DNA of 64,000 nt from a virus (taxonomy: Duplodnaviria > Caudoviricetes): positions 36,108 to 100,107 of the IMG/VR virus record IMGVR_UViG_3300033120_000387; one strand, written 5' to 3'. Position numbers and translations under genes: made by a program. Each line of letters begins with the position of its first letter. Position 1 is the first letter of the stretch. The notes under the pieces were generated by a model. The model was not told the DNA's origin. It saw only the letters and a program-made list of their open reading frames with translations, and made no database searches. Positions 60,901 to 64,000 of this stretch are shown here, in pieces.

Positions 60901-61986
60901 TTTTTCAAACCTCCATTTTGTTTTTAATTGCAATAAATAATAATTTGATATTGTTGCACTTGTTCATAAATTAATAATATATCAATAAAATAAAAATGTC
61001 AACAGTTTTTTTCAATGTTTTTTTAATTTTTTTTATTACATTATATATACGCATTTTTTTTATGTAATAATTCAATTGTTATTGTTATTGTGGTAAAATA
61101 AAATTATATTGATAAAGATTAATTTATTGATTGATTATAGATATATGATATAGTATTGATTATTAGATACGATAGATATTTACTTTTGTAATTATAAAAA
61201 TAAAATTACAATTTTTTAAAAGTTCCCCGTGATTTTTTTGTTTCCGATTCTTCCGAGGAATATTTTATATTTACAGTGTTTTAGCACGAAATGCAAAAAA
61301 TGTCAAACTTTTCCATAATTGTAAATAACTGTAAATAATTATAATTATTGCCATAATTAGATATTTTTTCCTCCTCCGCTTGTTCTGCAAAAATGTGCAG
61401 ACTCGCACACTAAAATTATATCACATTTTACCGCAATTTTAAAGTTACAATTATATTACAATTATATAATAAATATAAACAATTCTGACTTGTTAATATT
61501 TTCCATTTAATCATAATATAAACACACATTCTTTTATATGAACATATGTTTATATTTTTATTTCCATATTTTACCGCTTATACAATATACTACTATAATA
61601 CATAATTATGCATACATATGTATAATATACATTTTTACTTAATTCGAAAAGCCACTAATTGCAACGGTTACAGGGCTGTCAAAAAATGGAAGCCCTGAGA
61701 GGCATTTTAAGCGAGTTTTAAAAGTTTTTAATACTAAGTATCGACCAAGTATTGCAATTTTATACACTAATTGAATATATAAGATGTTGAAAAATAGCCA
61801 TTTTTAGTTATAATTATACATTGCATTGCATAAATATATAATATAGGGCGTGCGTGCGTGCATAATTGGAGTATATTATATAAATAAAAAAAAATATAAA
61901 AAATTGAAAAAAAGTCTGTACAAGTCCTCTTGTTTATGTTATAATTAGATATACCATAAATAAAGCAAGCAGAGGAGGAAAGAAAA

Positions 61987-62187
61987 ATGGCATACGAAAG
62001 AAAAACAATTGACCGTTGGGATATTATGGCTAATTGGGGGTATGGTTGGGAATGTGAAAACAGTGAGTATACATGTAAAGACGCAAAACGTTCATACCGG
62101 GAATATTTAGAAAACTGCGGAACACGATGCGCCATTAGATTAGAAAAGCATAGAGAAAAGAGAGGAGAAACAAATGGAAGTAACTAA
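61987..62187 (+). CDS. Hypothetical early-type protein
   Basis: GAGGAGG RBS, with a TG-TATAAT promoter upstream. Confidence 0.65.
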   Translation: MAYERKTIDRWDIMANWGYGWECENSEYTCKDAKRSYREYLENCGTRCAIRLEKHREKRGETNGSN

Positions 62188-62389
62188 TAAAAAAATGAAA
62201 TATGTAATATCTAGCACTTGGGAAAAATTAGCAGAGATCAGAACAAAAGCTAAAACCTTAGAAGGATTATGTCAAGCGATTAATAAAGAATTTGGAGACG
62301 AAAATTTTTGCACAATAGATGACTTGAAGAACGATAAAGAGGGTTTTTTTGAAAAATGCAACGACGGTATAATCGTTTGGATGGATTAA
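62174..62389 (+). CDS. Hypothetical protein
   Basis: RBS, operonic. Confidence 0.6.
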   Translation: MEVTNKKMKYVISSTWEKLAEIRTKAKTLEGLCQAINKEFGDENFCTIDDLKNDKEGFFEKCNDGIIVWMD

Positions 62390-62402
62390 AAAGGGGAAAA
62401 GC

Positions 62403-62603
62403 ATGTTGAGGATAAAAAAAGGAACATTCGCAAGTTTAATAATCCTATCAATTGGCATAGGATTATTAGTCGGCAGCCTGTGGACTGAATATAATCTAAC
62501 GCCCGTTAAGGCAACAGAAGCGGCTGCGGGGAACGGAGTACAGATTGATTATAAAAACGGCGGTGGCTATTGGTTAGAATATGAGGAAGAAAAGGAGGTG
62601 TAA
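62403..62603 (+). CDS. Hypothetical single-TM protein
   Basis: RBS, N-terminal hydrophobic segment. Confidence 0.55.
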   Translation: MLRIKKGTFASLIILSIGIGLLVGSLWTEYNLTPVKATEAAAGNGVQIDYKNGGGYWLEYEEEKEV

Positions 62604-62607
62604 AAAA

Positions 62608-62739
62608 ATGGAAACTTATACAAGTTATTACAAAGCGCGAAAAGTGGCTAATCAATTAGATTTTAAAACTGTTAAGGTTTGCGGCGGCTGGGCGGTTATG
62701 GATTGGCAAGAATACAATATATGGAAAAAACAGAAATAA
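62608..62739 (+). CDS. Hypothetical 43-aa protein (absent from the ORF track)
   Basis: GGAGG RBS; METYTSYYKARK...VCGGWAVMDW.EY..WKKQK. Confidence 0.6.
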   Translation: METYTSYYKARKVANQLDFKTVKVCGGWAVMDWQEYNIWKKQK

Positions 62740-62758
62740 TTGTATATTGATTAATGAT

Positions 62759-62785
62759 TAAAGAACCTGAAAAGGTTCTTTTTTT
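62759..62785 (+). terminator. Rho-independent terminator
   Basis: aagaacct-gaaa-aggttctt followed by a T run. Confidence 0.85.
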
Positions 62786-63041
62786 ATTGCCTAATATTAT
62801 AATAATAAGGCTTTATTTTAGCTTATAACGAGTTTTTTGTGGGATTAAGTATAATAAATTGATAAAGGAATAAAACGGCTGTATGAGGCTAAAAAGGGGC
62901 TTATAATTGATATGGTATTAAATTATTATAATTATTACATTATATAATATTAAAATGATATAATGTAATATTGATAATTAGATTGTATAATATTGGTATT
63001 ATATTATAATATATTATGTTATAAGTTAGTGAGTTATGAAC

Positions 63042-63087
63042 ATACTATATATTGTGGTGTGAGGGTATAATATACTATATATAGTTG
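63042..63087. promoter_or_regulatory. Tandem NrdR-box-like motifs
   Basis: ATACTATATATTGTGG (63042) and ATACTATATATAGTTG (63072), compared with consensus acaCwAtATaTwGtg. Confidence 0.55.
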
Positions 63088-63252
63088 TGGATAACTATTA
63101 TTGAAATTTCAAGGGTTCTAGGAGTTATCCACAAGGAAAGAGGTAAAGTTATCCACAGCTTTAGTTGAGTGAAGTAGTTATCCACAGGTGGTTGTGGATA
63201 AGTTTGGGAAAAATGGGTGGAGGTGTTGAAAAATAGGGGAAAGTTATCCACA
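63086..63252. promoter_or_regulatory. Cluster of six perfect DnaA boxes (origin-like)
   Basis: TTATCCACA at 63125, 63149, 63178, 63244 and TGTGGATAA at 63086, 63193. AT-rich tract at about 62905-63025. Confidence 0.88.
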
Positions 63253-63770
63253 GAAGTTATATATAGGCTATAATCGTTGAAATTTCAACGATTACCAGGG
63301 TTTTAATGATAATTCGTCCTTAATAGGAATTAGTATCAATAAGAGCAAATTGTTTATATATCATGTGCAAAAAAAATTTGCGTTTGGAATAGTACATATA
63401 AGAAGATATTATAAATATTATTTATTTACATTTTTTACCATATTTCTTATTACTATAGGTGGGGGGTATTTAACAAAATTGGTATTTTTTACCATCCAAT
63501 ATTGACCTATAGCTGTCCCATCCCCCATTCACACATCAATTTTAACTTCAACCTTTTCACCCCTTTACTACACCCCAAAACCCCACACTCCATTTCCGTA
63601 CTTTTTAACCTATATATCACCCTATAATCAATTTTATCCCCATTCTTAACCTATCTATTTCAATCAAAATCACCCCTATTTTCCCAATAAAAAAGACCAA
63701 GATTTCTCTCAGTCTTTTATCTATTACCTTTTAATATTTAATACATGGCAACAATGCTATGTTATATGGT

Positions 63771-63986
63771 CTAATCCCACCAATAATAATATTCATCATT
63801 TTCAAGAATATCAAAATCTTTTGCCTTCTGTTCCTGCTTGCTTTTTTCTAACAAATCCATCAACTGCTTTTTCTCATTAGTATTTAGATTATTAAAATCT
63901 ACTGTTATTGTTAATTTATCCATATTGTCCTCCTTATTTAATTTGGCTTGTTCTTCTATCCAATTATTCCAATATATTTTAGCCAT
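63771..63986 (-). CDS. Hypothetical protein (start uncertain)
   Basis: ORF followed by a hairpin near 63690-63718. Confidence 0.45.
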   Translation of the reverse strand: MAKIYWNNWIEEQAKLNKEDNMDKLTITVDFNNLNTNEKKQLMDLLEKSKQEQKAKDFDILENDEYYYWWD

Positions 63987-64000
63987 AGAAGTAGATTCTT

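Noticed and set aside
61281-61300. CIRCE element
   Set aside because: Only a TTAGCAC half-site, with no matching arm at N9 spacing.
322-62458. Many short opposite-strand or off-frame ORFs in the track (e.g. 1940-2152, 42298-42780, 53190-53795, 58856-59083, 61767-62135)
   Set aside because: Shadows of well-supported genes or low-complexity non-coding DNA, with no RBS or recognisable motif.

Overview
The whole window is a segment of a large, AT-rich tailed phage (or phage-plasmid/prophage), most likely infecting a Bacillota/Clostridia host. No host housekeeping region is visible. 1-14 kb (+) holds the 3' end of the tape-measure gene, tail tip and fibre genes, and a lysis block (subtilase, M23 endolysin, holin). 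It also holds a complete diversity-generating retroelement (DGR): target 8670-10127, VR 9981-10124, TR 10154-10297, and an RT. All 31 VR/TR mismatches fall on TR adenines, and there is no avd gene. 14-58 kb (-) holds nucleotide metabolism (dut, 5'-nucleotidase, nrdDG, glutaredoxin), a sigma factor, and replication/recombination genes (RecD2, DnaE, RecJ, primase, DnaB-like helicase, SSB, Sak4-like ATPase). It also holds four orphan DNA methyltransferases, a beta-CASP nuclease, an HNH-like endonuclease, a tyrosine recombinase, and an RNA-repair operon (Rnl2-like ligase, RlaP-like NTase, PNK-HD) preceded by an odd tRNA-like element with two T-arms. 58-64 kb is mostly non-coding, with strong sigmaA promoters, small early-type genes, long palindromes, six perfect DnaA boxes, and motifs resembling NrdR, LexA, WalR and CodY sites. 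All protein calls come from motif recognition by eye; no searches were run.
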